Below are positions 35,269 through 49,026 of a stretch of DNA of 56,633 nt, one piece after another. The DNA comes from Octopus sinensis (Eukaryota), in NCBI RefSeq assembly GCF_006345805.1, contig NW_021833683.1, positions 1 to 56,633 of the forward strand, given 5' to 3'. Each line of letters opens with the position of its first letter. Position 1 is the stretch's first letter. The notes beneath the pieces are model-generated. The model did not search any database, was not told where the DNA came from, and was given only the letters and a program-made list of their open reading frames with translations. Both the position numbers and the translations under genes were made by a program.

Positions 35269-37815
35269 TTCAAATCATTACAAGGACTAAAATACATTTC
35301 TAATCAGATTGAGGGAGATTCAAGTTTAATACCAGTTGTCTCTGTGTTCTTTTTCTGGTTGATTTTACATTAAATGTTCGCCCGAGTCGAGCAGCCAACC
35401 ACTACCGTCGTATATCATTTCGCATAATTTGTTATTCTGGATAATTTTTATATAAGAAAGTTAATGAAGTTTTCAATGACGCTATTCTAGCGTTATTCCT
35501 TGTGTTGAAATATATATGATGTACTCAATCTCCGAAGTATTCTTTTATACTTATCCCACAAGACGTTGTTTATTGTTTCAAAAAAGTATAGCTATTCTCA
35601 GAGGAAGGCCAACAGTGTGGCCGATAGATGAGCCCCTAATAACATACGTAAATATATTACAATTCTAACGGTGAAACTCGAAGTAGATAAAGCTATAAAT
35701 CATGGATCTAGAATATTGGGTTATAAAAACACATTGGATAGAAAGAAGTTGAAGGCTAGCCTTGGGTTATTTTATGCAAGGGTTTTGACACAATATTCTA
35801 CATGCTATTATTTTTATCTTCATTAAAGCGTTGATCTGGCAGAATCGTTAGCGCGCCAGATAAAATACCTAGCGGCCATTTCCTCTGGCTTTATAATCTG
35901 AGTTCAAATTCCGTTGAAGTTTATTTTGCCTGTTATCCTTTCATGATGGGTAAAATAAGGACCAGTTGAGATCTGGAGCCGATGTAATCGACTTTCCTCT
36001 TCCCTTATGCCAAAATTCCAAACCGTTGTTTATAGCTTCATCTACTTCGAGTTCCTGTTAAAAAGAGTTATTTTATATCCTTCGAGGTTTCTATAATGAA
36101 AAATGTATTCTTCAATGTAAACAGCATACGTAAATATATTACAACACCATCCTACGAAATCGTTGCCTTGGGCTTTATGGACCTTGGATCCTCAATTTCG
36201 TTATGGCACCGTCGTGCCTTGCGGCGTGTCTAGGGCATTTAAGCTTATATCTTTCCAGGTAACAACACGGCCGCTATTTTTCAAAGATACAGAAAAGTAG
36301 AATCGACCTCAATACTGCAATGGTACCTTATATATTTACTCCTAAAAGGATGAGAAGCGAAGCTGACCTTGGAGGATTTTGATCATAAAATGCAGGGAGC
36401 TCTTCTAGCCTGGAATCGAGTAAGAACAGCGAATTTTCATCTTGTTTTATTTTTCTTGCTCTAGGACTCAGTTTGGTTACTCCGTTTGCATAGCGTATAA
36501 GGGACTGAGATCACAACGTTCTCTTTGAACAGGATGCCAGTCCGTCGCAGGGTTAAAGGCCAGAAGTTTTGGGAGAAGGAGACAAGTTGATTACATTGAC
36601 CTCAATAGTTGACTTGTCTATTTTATCAAACTCAGGAAGATGAAAAGCAAAGTCGACATCCGCGCGATTTGAACTCAGAACGTAAAGAACTCGGAAGAAT
36701 TTCTGCTAAGCATTTTGTCCGACGTGCTAACAATTCTCCCAGCTTGCCGTCTTAAAGACATCAATTCGAGGATGATAATTAAGTTTATAAGCAAGGGAGT
36801 ATCGACTGCTAAAATCGGCAGATCAAATAACCTATTTTGATGCATCATTGGTCTTATAATATCGATCTCATTACATAATAAGTCGAATTCACAGAAAAAT
36901 ATTTCAGCTTCTGCAGCTATTACCGTGAGCAAAAATATTCAAAGAGGTGCTGTAATTCGATTACAAGATGCAGCTTTCCAAGTATCATACATAACTCAAT
37001 TGATGGAACTGGCTTCGGAGAAACACTTGATTGATGTGTTAATTTTAAATTAAATATTTCATCAGTTGATGCATCGATATTATATATTTCATACATCATT
37101 GAGCTTAATCTAACATTATATTTCTCGGGATATGAATCGAAATAAATGACTGGAATAAAATGTAATATTGCTGTTGAGTATTTCTACCTTAAACCTGTAT
37201 CTTTTCTTTTACTTTTTCTTGAGCCATTAGACTGTGGCCATGCAGGGGCACCACTTTTGAGAGCTTTTAGTCGAATGAATCGACCCCAGGACTTTACTTT
37301 TAAAGCCTGGTACTTATTCTATCGATACTTTTTGAATAGGGGAGCATAAACCAACAGCTGCTTTCAAACTATGGTAGGGAACGCACACACACACATGACG
37401 GGCTTCTTTCAGTTTCCGTCTACCAAATTTACTCACAAGGCTTTGATCGGCTCGAGGTGAGGGCACCAGGGACACACTACTACATGAACTATAGGATACA
37501 CTCATCACCAGGAACTACCCACCTTCACAAACTGACATATGCTTTCAACGTGCCATACAACTCAACATCCACGAACTCAGACATCCCAAATTAAAGAAGG
37601 ATTTACAACCAAAAGCCCTACCATACATCTCCACACACAACCCGCTTAACAATGAAGCCTTCGACATCATCCTTCAAAACATTCCTCTGCTAAAAAAAGG
37701 ACCACAGAATGAACTTAATCCTCCAAACAGACACCATCGTAAAAAGCAAGAGACAGCCCAAATCTATGAAAAGTTCGAACACACTCAACAACGACACTGA
37801 ATTCGTCAGTAAAAA

Positions 37816-38244
37816 ATGCGGAAACGCAACTGTGGGATATGCGTCAATTTAATTGAGAGATCAAAGTTCTCCTTCAAACAGGGACAACGTTCCACACTGA
37901 AAAGCAGCTTCATATGTGCTTCGGAGAACCTGATATACGCACTAACCTGCTCTAGGTGTCAAGAGCAATACATAGGCCAAACAAAAAATAGTCTACGTGG
38001 AAGGATGGCTCTGCACAGATCCCAGACCAAAATTCCCCAAAACAGAAAAATAGCATTCAGCCAACACATCGACATTTGCGCCAATGATAAAAATCCAAGC
38101 TTCAGAATTTTTCCCCTCTACCATTTCAGGAACGATACAACCTGTAGCCAACGAATTAGTAAAGAGACTCTCTTTATTACAAAATACAGGCCCCTTTTGA
38201 ACGCCTCTACAACAAACGACATATCCACCACGGCCTTAGAGTAA
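37816..38244 (+). pseudogene. GIY-YIG endonuclease domain of a Penelope-like element (frameshifted from the upstream RT)
   Basis: CGIC...C.SENLIYALTCSRCQEQYIGQT..LRGRMALHR...E..FI...P.LN; typical PLE CCHH plus GIY-YIG layout. Confidence 0.9.
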
Positions 38245-38756
38245 CACATACGCAAATATTAACAATAATACATTCAAGTGATACCCAAGAATTTATTAAA
38301 AACAGTCCCAATCACTGCTATAATCCACAAGAGCCACTTTAGGTCACTTCATCTCCTTCCTTACTTTATTACTACTACTGCTGTTTAGAATGACACCTAC
38401 GCAAATATTATAAACAATACATTCGAAAGTGATGTCTCAAGAATTCAATCACTGCTACCATCCACCACAAGTCACTTTCAGGGCACTTGACCATTTAACA
38501 TCCTACTACTATCATGGCACTCCCGCATTCTTCTTCTTCTTCTTCTTCTTCTTCTTCTTCTTCTTCTTCTTCTTCTTCTTCTCTTCTTCTTCTTCTCTGC
38601 CAAGAATTCCCAACGAGCTCGAACCCACAAGAGTAACCAAGAGAGACAGAGACAGGCAAAAACAAGGAAAATGCCTCTTGTATTTGAATACTATGCAAAT
38701 ATTCTTTTAAAAAAACCTATTTAATTTTTCCAAAATTTAATTGTTTTCCATACTTA

Positions 38757-38792
38757 CAGTTGAAAAAGTCTCAATGAGCGAAGCCGGTAATG
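38757..38792 (+). ncRNA. Degenerate hammerhead in the Penelope-like 3' terminal repeat
   Basis: UUGAAAA-AGUCUC(AAU)GAGC-GAAG-CCGG-UA, compared with the expected CUGAAGA...GAAA-CCGG-UA. Confidence 0.4.
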
Positions 38793-38945
38793 AAATGATT
38801 TTTTATAAAATTATTTTAGCATTTTCTGTCTTGACTTTTTTCCATATTAATATATATTATAGCTAATCACATTAAAAATACGCTTGAAAGGCAAGCAATT
38901 TCGAAAATTCAATGTGGCCTCCCTTCCTCTATTTGTCAATACCTC

Positions 38946-39516
38946 AAGGCAGCGAACTGGCAGAAACGTTAGCACGCCGGGCGAAATGTGTAGCCGTATT
39001 TCGTCTGCCGTTACGTTCTGAGTTCAAATTCCGCCGAGGTCGACTTTGCCTTTCATCGTTTCGGGGTCGATTAAATAAGTACCATTTACGCACTGGTCGA
39101 TATAATCGACTTAATCCGTTTGTCTGACCTTGTTTGTCTGACCTTGTTTGTCCTCTCTGTGTTTAGCCCCTTGTGGGTAGTAAAGAAATAGGTATTTCGT
39201 CTGCCGTTATGTTCTGAGTTCAAATTCCGCCGAGGTCGACTTTGCTTTCATCGTTTCGGGGTCGATTAAATAAGTACCAGTTACGCACTGGTGTCGATGT
39301 AATCGACTTAAACCGTTTGTCTGTCCTTGTTTGTTCCTTCTGTGTTTATCCCCTTGTGGGCAGTAAAGAAATAGGCATTTCGTTCTGAGTTCAAATTCCG
39401 CCGGGGTCAACTTTGCCTTTCATCCTTTCGAGGCCGATAAATTAAGTACCAGTTGCGTACTGAGGTCGATCCCCTTCCTCCAAAATTTCGGGCCTTGTGC
39501 CTAGAGTAGAAAAGAA
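38946..39516 (+). mobile_element. Family B SINE with three tandem body units
   Basis: Body restarts at ~38995, 39191 and 39374. Confidence 0.85.
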
Positions 39517-40039
39517 TATTTGCCAAAATACCTCCTCTCTATGTTCTGTCATTGTAACTGATGTCGCTAAACAATCGTTTGACCTGATCGATGGCTGACC
39601 TTTTGACCCTCAGAGAAACGCATGAAAAAATACTAAATCTAAAAATAGAACCAATTTAGTCGCCCACATAAAATATATCGTTTGGCAGATCAATTTAGCG
39701 AGGAAACGATAAGCAAAAGAAAGGACATTATAAAAAAATGTCGATTTGGCGTTGTTAAACACAAAGATTTACTTATTTCTTCTTTGATACTTCGTGAAAA
39801 ATATAAAACAAAATTACATTTGCTTCCTATCGTTAAGCAATGATGCCTTGTCAATTTACTATGATTGTTTTATTCAAGCTGACTATTACTTCACACACAC
39901 ACACACATACATACACACGCGCGCGCACGCACATACGCACATGTACACGCGCGCACACACACGTATTTGTTCGTTTGTTATCATATCTTTTGAACTTTCG
40001 GAATATTAGCCCAAATGACAGAAATGTGTGTTATATCAC

Positions 40040-42410
40040 TTTTGAAGAATAAGTTTTCAAAGAAAGGAAACAATTAATCGTAAATGGTGGTAGACCAACA
40101 CTGAAATTACCTAGTTTGCGAAGTTCTAACAGGAAATAGATTCGGCGATTTCAGATTAATCTATATCAAAGAAAAAATAGCTGACCGAAAGTGCGCAGCT
40201 AAATAAATTATTTTGCTGATCATACTTGTTATTTTAGTTTAGAAAAATCTATTTGGAGTGAGAAATAATCGACATATCATCATGCTAAAGAATGATCTTT
40301 CTCGAAGTCATAAAATCCTTGATAGATCTTAAAAGATTTTAAAATGCCATCTTAGACTTCAGGTAAAAGAGCATAAAAAACAGAGCATGCAGCAGCATAC
40401 TCTTTTACTCTTTTACTTGATTCAGTCATTTGACCGTGGCCATGCTGGAGCACCGCCTTTGGAATAAAGATATACATGTATATATAGATATACGTGTGTT
40501 TGTATTCTCTTTTAAATAATAAAGTATAATAAAGATAAATAAATAGTTATTCTGCTACGATTGACTGATGTTCTTATTTTTTAGATCTCCAAGGATGGTA
40601 ATTTCGGGGTCATTTGGAATCTGAAAAATCCACTGATCTTATGAATTATAGGGAATTTTTATATTTAATCAGCATGATGAAAATTTGACAAGCCATACGG
40701 GTACAGCATCTCTTTTCCCGGATCTCTCAAACAGAATTCAAAATGACTTGATTGATTATGTTGGATGAAATAGAAAATGAAATGAAGCAGCTTAGATTTG
40801 TAGCTATTCTTGTAGACGAAACGTCCACTGCATCGAACTATTGTTAACTTTTTACATTAAATTACAAAAGAATCCGATACTATGGAACAATTTGTCGGGT
40901 TTAACAATGTTAACGCGGATCGTTCACCAAATGCTTTAAATGAGTAAATGACTTCGATGCGTCTTTTACGAAATAAGCAGAAGAACCAATGCGCTGGATA
41001 ACATTGTTAAAAAGGAATTTCTCAAAGTAACAGCGACTAGATGCAAATACTCCTCTCGTCTCATTAGTTCTATAAGAGAAAACTCTAATTTCCGAATCAG
41101 CCTTCTTGAAGATACCATTGATAAATCAAATATTTTGTGACGTATTTTCCTTCACTGCTGACTTGTTTAGCATTCTTCTGACCAAACATCTCCACAGAGT
41201 GTATTATAAAGAGCAAATAGGTAAAAATAGAACCGTGTGATTTTTCAATATTCTATGAAATGTTAAAGCGGCCAGCTGGCAAAATTGTTAGCATGCCGGA
41301 CAAAATGCTAATTTCGTCCGTCTTTACGTTCTGAGTTTAAATTCCGACACAAACGACTTTGCCTTCCATCCTTTCGGGATCGATAAAATAATTATCAGTT
41401 GAGCACTGGGGTCGATGCAATGAACTCCCCCACTCCCCCGAAATTGCTGGCCTTGTGCCAAAATTAAAACCAATATTTTATAAAATGTTAAGGGGAAAAA
41501 TATGGAATCATTGCAGCTACCAAAATTTAAAAATGCAGGAATAAATCTATTGAACCACAACAACGTTATAGAATACTACACAACAATATTATTGGTATTG
41601 CAGTTGATCAATTAGAAGCAAGATATTCATTCTTAGAAGAGCTTAAACTCATAGAACTTTTCAATTTAGCAAAACTGAAGAATATTAGTTTCAAATTTTG
41701 GCACAAGGCCTGCAATTTCGGGCGAGAGGATAAGTCGATTACAACGACCCCCAATGCTAACTCTTACTTATTTTATTGACCCCGAGATGATGAAAGGCAA
41801 AGTTGACCTCGGTGGAATTTGAACTCTGAACGTAAAGACGGACGAAATACCGCAAAGCATTTGCCCGGCATGCTAACGATTCTGCCAGGTTATCGCCTTA
41901 CAAAGCTGAAGAATATTGATTACAAAGTTTTGCACAAGGCCAGTAAGTTCGCAGAGATGGGTATGCAAAACATTTCCGGTGAATAATTGAAATTCTTCAA
42001 AAACACTTATGATAGAGTTTGTTTTTACATAATTCATTTACAGAGTGAACTAAATGTTATGTGTTCAAAGGAAGAATTTAAAAAAGCAAGGTGTGTGTAA
42101 TTTAATGCTTTATCAGTTATGCTATTAATACTATGGCAGAACTCTTTGCAGTTTGGTTTTGGCAATTCCTTCTACAACTGTCTTTCTAGAGCAATACTGT
42201 TCTGCGTTGAAAAGAATTGAAAACTTACCAAAAAAATACAACAGGAGTGAAAAGACTTTCAGGGTTTGCTCTTATGTCAATTGAACAAAACATTTCCTCT
42301 AAAAACTAGTTAAAACACATTTATATGAGAATGTGATGAGAATATAATTATTATATTTGCCTTGAAAGATCGAAGAATTGAATTAATTTATAAATGGTGT
42401 AAGGAAATTA
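40040..42410 (+). pseudogene. Fossil hAT (Tip100/ZMYM1-like) transposase interrupted by SINEs
   Basis: In order: GRPT, LTES..NKLFC (TTF-finger-like), FRGHLESE, SNRIQNDLI, FVAILVDET, IPSTT..SALKRI, RLSGFALMSIE, RRIELIYK. Confidence 0.8.
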
Positions 42411-43881
42411 TCTTTTTGTACGTCTTTTTTCGTTAATTTTAGTCAGATTAAACAATAATTCCTTCATAAGGTCATGACACAAAACCATAACTCTTTATGA
42501 AACAGTTTCAAAGTGATTCTACTCAACGAACATGTTTTTATACATAATCAGCCTCAAAAGTCACGTCACTACACGACATTTGTTCACTGATTTATAGATT
42601 CATATGTATACTTATTTCGTTGTGTGTTTTAATATATGTTTTGGAATTTGTATTGATTGCCTAGATGTGTTCCTTCTATAATTTCCTTATCCTTATACAT
42701 GCATACATAAATACATACATACAGACAGGCAGACAGACATACGTACGTATGTATGTATGTATGTATGTATGTATGTATGTATGTATGTGTGCATGTATGT
42801 ATATTTATGCGATCACGTGATCGACAAGAGTATCGGGCAGTGTTATACATCTCTTGTCACAATGTGATTTGCATAGTTTTAGCTTTCGAATAATACCACC
42901 TCGCTGGCCAACATTCCCTCCAACCAGAAAGCTATTCCGTCGCAACTTCACTCACTGTTGAGTGGACTGTATGATTGTAATGTGTAATCTAAGAGAGAGA
43001 AAATAACAAATCAGGGAACCGAAGTGGGACAACACATCTATGGTTTACTGGGCTGTAAACTTGTTAATGGTAGCTGCCCTTTCCAGGGTTGGACTTTTAA
43101 CTATTGTATTCAGACCAAGGCACGACATCACCTTATACAAACCAAATTTTGATAGAAAAATATTTCTCATGAAACAAACTATCTGATATAGAGTTTCTCT
43201 GTGAAACTATATTTCCATAATTTAATATATAAAACGTATTTATGTAATAAATGAAATATATTTTTGTTGAAAGAAAACTTGTGTCAATGACCATAAATTC
43301 AAAATCTATTGTAATGCCTCGAGCCGCAAAAAAAAAAACCGGAAGAAATTATGTTTTATTAAAAGAAAGAACTAATCAAATTCACCCTGTCTACAATAAA
43401 CTAGTAGTGTAGTACAACACGAATAATCATATTGTATTGCCAATATAGCTGTCTCGATGTGATGATAGACACTGCTAAAACTAGCAGCCAAATCTTCTTC
43501 CAGGTACGTCTTTTACTACTTTAGAAAAATGGAGAGGCTGTAGATAATGAGATCTTTGACTTATTGTACTTGAAGACAAGCAAACAACTTGTAGAAGACG
43601 GTACGCCTTTTGATGACTTATCTGTTTGATCGGTGCTGACTTTGTATTAAACAACGACGATGAAAAACAACTTTAATCCTAATGATAATACAGTGAAGAT
43701 CTAGAAATACCGTTCTGACTAGGAGCAAAATTATTTTAAACAATCTGAGAATAATACAACACAAAAGATGAAAAACTGTCAATAGAAAAGATAGAATTAG
43801 AGCCTATGCGTGTTTTCAGTCTATAACACACACACACACATATTTACATACACTATACGTTCATGAATACATATAAATATA

Positions 43882-44240
43882 TTGGGTTGTCCGGAAAGTT
43901 CGTGCCGATTTTTAAAGGAAAGAAAAAGGTCAGTAAATACTTGCCATTACATTTTAAATCAACCAAATATGAACCGTTTTGTTGCACAATGCATCTCTAT
44001 CTTTCCTTTAACTTGAAAATACTCTCTTCCCAGAATTCAAGAAATACAGCCATCAGTCGGTATACGAGATGCTTCGAACTGACTTGGTGAATTTAGATCT
44101 ATTCGTCTACCGCGAGAGACTTTTTTTCTCATAACAAAAATATAGTGAATGGCTTTCTTGCTGAATCAAATATGGCTCAAGCATATTTGACCTGGTAACT
44201 AGTTCAAATTTGTACATATCACTGTTTAGCGCTTTCACTC
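43882..44240 (-). mobile_element. Mariner relic (3' end plus TIR)
   Basis: TA-TTGGGTTGTCCGGAAAGTTCG end. Minus strand resembles the mariner C-terminus (GI.KL.ERW..iv..NG.Y). Inner boundary uncertain. Confidence 0.6.
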
Positions 44241-44532
44241 CGTACACTCACACACTCACACACACACGCACAATATTTGTATATATATGTGCGTGTATAT
44301 ATATATATATAATATATATATATATATATTAGTTAGAGGTTAAGAAACCATCTAAGGGATGTAAATCGCAGCCTACGGAAATTTCTCATGGGAGTGACTT
44401 TATTTATTTGTTTACCACAAGATGGAATGCCATGGATTATAATAGCTCCTTAAAATGAAGTTCTTACCATTCCTTTCTATTACATTATTTCTATTTTATT
44501 TTATTTTACTTTATTTTCTTTTACCCTAAAAT

Positions 44533-44720
44533 CCTTAAATCCTTAAAAATGTTTTAGCCCGAAGGCCGCGGCCATGCTGGGGCACCACCGCTGAATGAGC
44601 TACACTAATATGTGAATCCACCTCTGATACGTGGCACTTGATCCACAAGGGAGTTCGATGCTGCTGCCCGCATCTGCGTCTCCTGTCGTGAGGTAGGTTC
44701 ATCTGGGACTCCCGACGAGA
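44533..44720 (-). mobile_element. LINE-like 3' end sharing its tail with family A SINEs
   Basis: Minus strand GGTGGTGCCCCAGCATGGCCGC-GGCC(TTCG)GGCT-AAAACA followed by a TTTAAGGA repeat tail. Confidence 0.55.
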
Positions 44721-44989
44721 AGAGATCCAGTTTAGTTTTAAAGAAACCCACATCCACACCATGTAAGTCTCTCAGGCATATACTTTCCCACGTGTTAGTT
44801 TCCTAACATTTGGACTCACTGAAGAAGCCTTGGGACTCAAGCATTGTCCAATCCCTATCCACTGTTTGTTCATCCCTGTATATCACTGACGTGATAAGGA
44901 TAACTTTGAAAATTTGGCTGCCTCATGGTAGAAATGGCTGTATGAGTTTAGTATTAGTACAATCATCTATTATTCATTTATATATATAC

Positions 44990-45061
<72 letters not shown>

Positions 45062-45516
45062 ATATGTACATATATATATGTGTGTGTGTGTTTACGTATT
45101 TATTGACTTATTTCATTCGTTTGCTTGAATTACACATATGTTGGTAATCAATTGATAAATAGATATAATTGAATGCTTACTGGCTGATGATTGTCGATTG
45201 TTTATCCTCTCCATTTTCTTATCTGATTTTATATATATATATATTATATATATATTATATATATATATTATATATATATATATATGCATATGTTTATATA
45301 TCAGTATATTACATATGCATATGATGAAGACATATATATAAGCACAGACACAGAGACACACGCAGACATGCACACATATGAATACATAGTTAGATGTTTA
45401 GAAAGTGCATCTTATTCTCCAGCAGAGGTCAGGGAAATTGTAAAGGAACCCAGTAATGAAGAGAATCCTTTAGAAGGGTAAAACTCTAGAAACTTAGCAT
45501 CTCAGTGAGTAAAAAG

Positions 45517-45549
<33 letters not shown>

Positions 45550-45557
45550 TATATTAT

Positions 45558-45596
<39 letters not shown>

Positions 45597-45598
45597 AC

Positions 45599-45657
<59 letters not shown>

Positions 45658-47069
45658 TTGTAATCTAATCCTGTCATTGGATAATTTCCCAATGGAGTGT
45701 ATGAAAAACATAGAGTTGAGTAGATTTCGCAATATTTCACGTAGCAATCTAAAGTAATTTGAAATCAATCAAAAATATAGCAGTTACGAGAAAAATATTC
45801 ATTTGCGTTAACAAAAACCACTTTCACGGGCGATAGGTGGGGAACTAACCTACAGTTGTGAAGGTAGAGAGTTGTGCGTCTCGTATTTGGTAAATTTTGC
45901 AACATTTCCAGACATGTTTGGGCCTTATTCTACCTCCTCAGCGAAAAGAGAACTTATGCATACGACCTGACCCCTGAACAATCTAGAGTGTGTATTGTTC
46001 TGGCTGGAAGTTAATTAGCTGATTGGGCAATTAATATGGCATCATTAACCTGTCTCGTATCACCACTCAGCATTTTCTTTCCTATTTCCGCAGTTGCCTG
46101 CCTTTTCTACTGATTTCCTTCTTCCCCCCCCCCTCCGCCTCTCCTCTTCTTTCTAATCTTTGAGCCGAAAGCAAAATGTAAGGTGATTAGATGAAAGAAA
46201 CAAACATTATTTTCTTGCACTTTATATTTTCTGTAATTTAAAGAACTATAATTTCTCAAGTAGACCTATAATTAGGACAGATTTCCTGTTGAAAAAGACA
46301 CTTTCCCGTTTGCTTAAATTTACAAAAATCAATATTTGGTTTGTTCAGTAAGTTAATGGTTAATGGGTGAATTGTTTTCACTGTTTAAAATAATTTTACT
46401 TCTTTATCGAATTTTATTTTTAGCTTTCTTACTATTTCCTTTTCGTGCAATACATAAAACGTGATGTATTGTACTTTTCTTAAATGCTCGTGATAATGTA
46501 GAATATATTTTTTTTTTAATTTTATCCTGGAGCCTGTAAAATGTCTTCCAATATATTTAATAGCAAGATATTTCTAGTCTATTTAGGTTCCTTTATTTTC
46601 AATAACAATTACCTTTTAGTTATAGATTATTACATTCAGTACAATGTTTAATGGTAAAATTGATACAAAGAACTATATTTACGTTTCTGAAAAGGTAACG
46701 TCCTAAATGTGTTAGCTTTAGTTTTGTTAGAAATACATTTGTACTTCGTGGAAGCTCAGTGACTATTCAAAGCTGAAGTATTTTCAAATCTGAAATGGAA
46801 ACCATTTTTAGAATATTTCTACACAACGTTATGGATTTGGAGTCATAAAAAAAGGTATCAGTTTTCTGAGGTTGAATATTTATACAAAATTGAAGGATTA
46901 TAGAGTTGGCGTTGGAGAGCGAATTTTTGCCAAACAACCGCGGCCAACCGAAAGTTCGTTTTGAAATGGTATTCCTTGTAACAACTAACTTATTATCATT
47001 CCATGTGTTTCATATTCGTTATCTGTAAAGAATCTACACACACACACGTGCACACACACACATACACAT

Positions 47070-47410
47070 ATTATCTTTTATCTTTCACTCTGTTTCAGTC
47101 ATTAGACTGCGGTCATGCTGGGGCATCACCTTGAAGAATTTTAGTCGAATGAATTGACCACAGTATTTATTTTGTCGGTCTCTTTTGCCGATCCGCTATT
47201 TGCTGGTACGTAGACACTTCAATACCAGTTATCGAGTGTGCAGGGAAACGAACACAGACATAAAGTAACACACACACACACGTACAACATGCTTCTTTCG
47301 ATTTCCGCATACCAAATTCGCTGACAAGGCTTTGGTTGACCCGAGGTTATATTAGAAGACATTTGCCCAAGGTGCCCCGCAGTGGGACTGAACCCAGAAC
47401 AATGTGGTTG
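47070..47410 (-). mobile_element. Family A SINE (older copy)
   Basis: Family motifs as above. Confidence 0.75.
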
Positions 47411-48199
47411 AAGAGTATGTTTGTATGAATGCATTATGTATGTATGTATATATGTATGCGTGCATGAATGCATGTATGCATGTATATATGTATGTATGAA
47501 TGTATGTATGTATGTATGTATGTATGTATGTATGTATGTATGTATGTATGTATGTATGTATGCATGAATATATGTATGCGTGTGCATGCTGCACAGATAT
47601 ATGAATACATACATACATCTAACGGTTAGAAATCGGTTGCTGTTTAGAAAGTGCATGTATTATTATCCTGCAGAAGGAATCGGAGGCTGATCAGATCAAG
47701 CGTGTTTTGTTGGTCTCTAGACAAAACCCGTCGTGTTCGATATAAACTTGGCTCTCCTAAAATTGTGTAATCGTCTTGAAAGATTATCAGAAATTGTGAA
47801 ACCCAATAATGATAGCCGTGTAGAAGGTTTTAGCCGAGTTGCTCATGTAATAACATTGAATAGGATTATCAGTATTCCACGTGTCCGCTACATGTTGGAC
47901 ACTAATCTCCTTCTCTTTCAAAGTTTCTCATGTGTGCAGAGATTAGGCATGCGTAGATGTTGTGGGTTGAGGACGAATGTGGAATGAAGTGTAAGTAGGT
48001 GTGTCTGTGTGTGTGTGTGTGTGTGAAAGAGAGAGAGAGAGAGAGAAAGAGACAGGGAGGGGGAGATACTCTTTATCCGGAGCAAAGAACAAAATGTCAT
48101 TCTTTTCCTAACGGAGTTGCTATAATGGTGTTTTGAAAGAACTTCGACATTAACAACTTCGATGGAACCAGCTATCCGGAAATATCAAATTAAATAGGA

Positions 48200-48246
<47 letters not shown>

Positions 48247-48699
48247 GGAGGGAGAGAGAGAGAGAGGGAAGAAGAAGAAAGGACTTGGTACGATAAAAGT
48301 AGTGATCATATATTGGTTTGTTACTCTTTCCATCGCATTTGATATTGTATTTAGAAGAGAACAATCAATTGGCCAATAGTTGCAGTTATAGATTTTCCTA
48401 TGATGGTGGTGGTGGTAGTGGTGGAGGTGGGGGTGGCTGCTGGCGGCGGCGTGGTCCTTTGTCACATCACCCTTTGATACACATTATTCTACGTCCGTTG
48501 GTTTAATTAGTCATCGGTAATTTGTAAAATGACTTTAGATGTTGCCTTTTTAATAAAGTGACATAACCGATCTTAGATGTGAGCGGATAATATTTGCCAT
48601 TCATTCTTTTAATGACTCTGAATTCAGATCTAAGAGTCGGATTTACAAGGCCTGAGACATTATCGTTATTAATATAAAATCATTCACGGGTGGGTGGTT

Positions 48700-49020
48700 A
48701 AGAATCTTGCTTTATAACCGTGTGGCTTCTAGTTTGGTTCCACTGTATGTGTGTGTGTGTATGTATGTGTGTGTGTATGTATGTGTGTGTGGGCGTGCGT
48801 GTGTGTGTGTGTGTCTGTCTGTGTGTCCCCCCAATACTTGAGAACCGGCATTGGTTTGTTTATGTCCCCTTAACATAGTGGTTCAGCAAACAGACCGATA
48901 GAAGACTTTTTTTAGCTAACTTAAAAAAGCAACATAAGTACGGGGGCGATTTCTTCGACTAAAACTCTTCCAAGTGGTGCCCCAGCATGGCCGTGGTTAA
49001 ATGAGTGAAAGAAGTAAAAT
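48700..49020 (+). mobile_element. Family A SINE (internally deleted)
   Basis: Head remnant, microsatellite and tail. Confidence 0.7.
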
Positions 49021-49026
49021 ATATAA

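Larger units (their letters stand above)
37458..38860 (+). mobile_element. 5'-truncated Penelope-like retroelement
   Basis: RT-thumb remnant PYISTHNP, GIY-YIG ORF, duplicated 3' region, (TTC)n and a degenerate hammerhead near the end. Confidence 0.85.

Noticed and set aside
44810-44851. CTGAAGA with hairpin and TTGGAC/GTCCAA pairing
   Set aside because: The GAAA and cleavage region are absent; at best a deleted relic.
45184-45210. CTGATGA followed by TTGTCGAT, similar to the 4030 motif
   Set aside because: No downstream helix II partner or GAAA.
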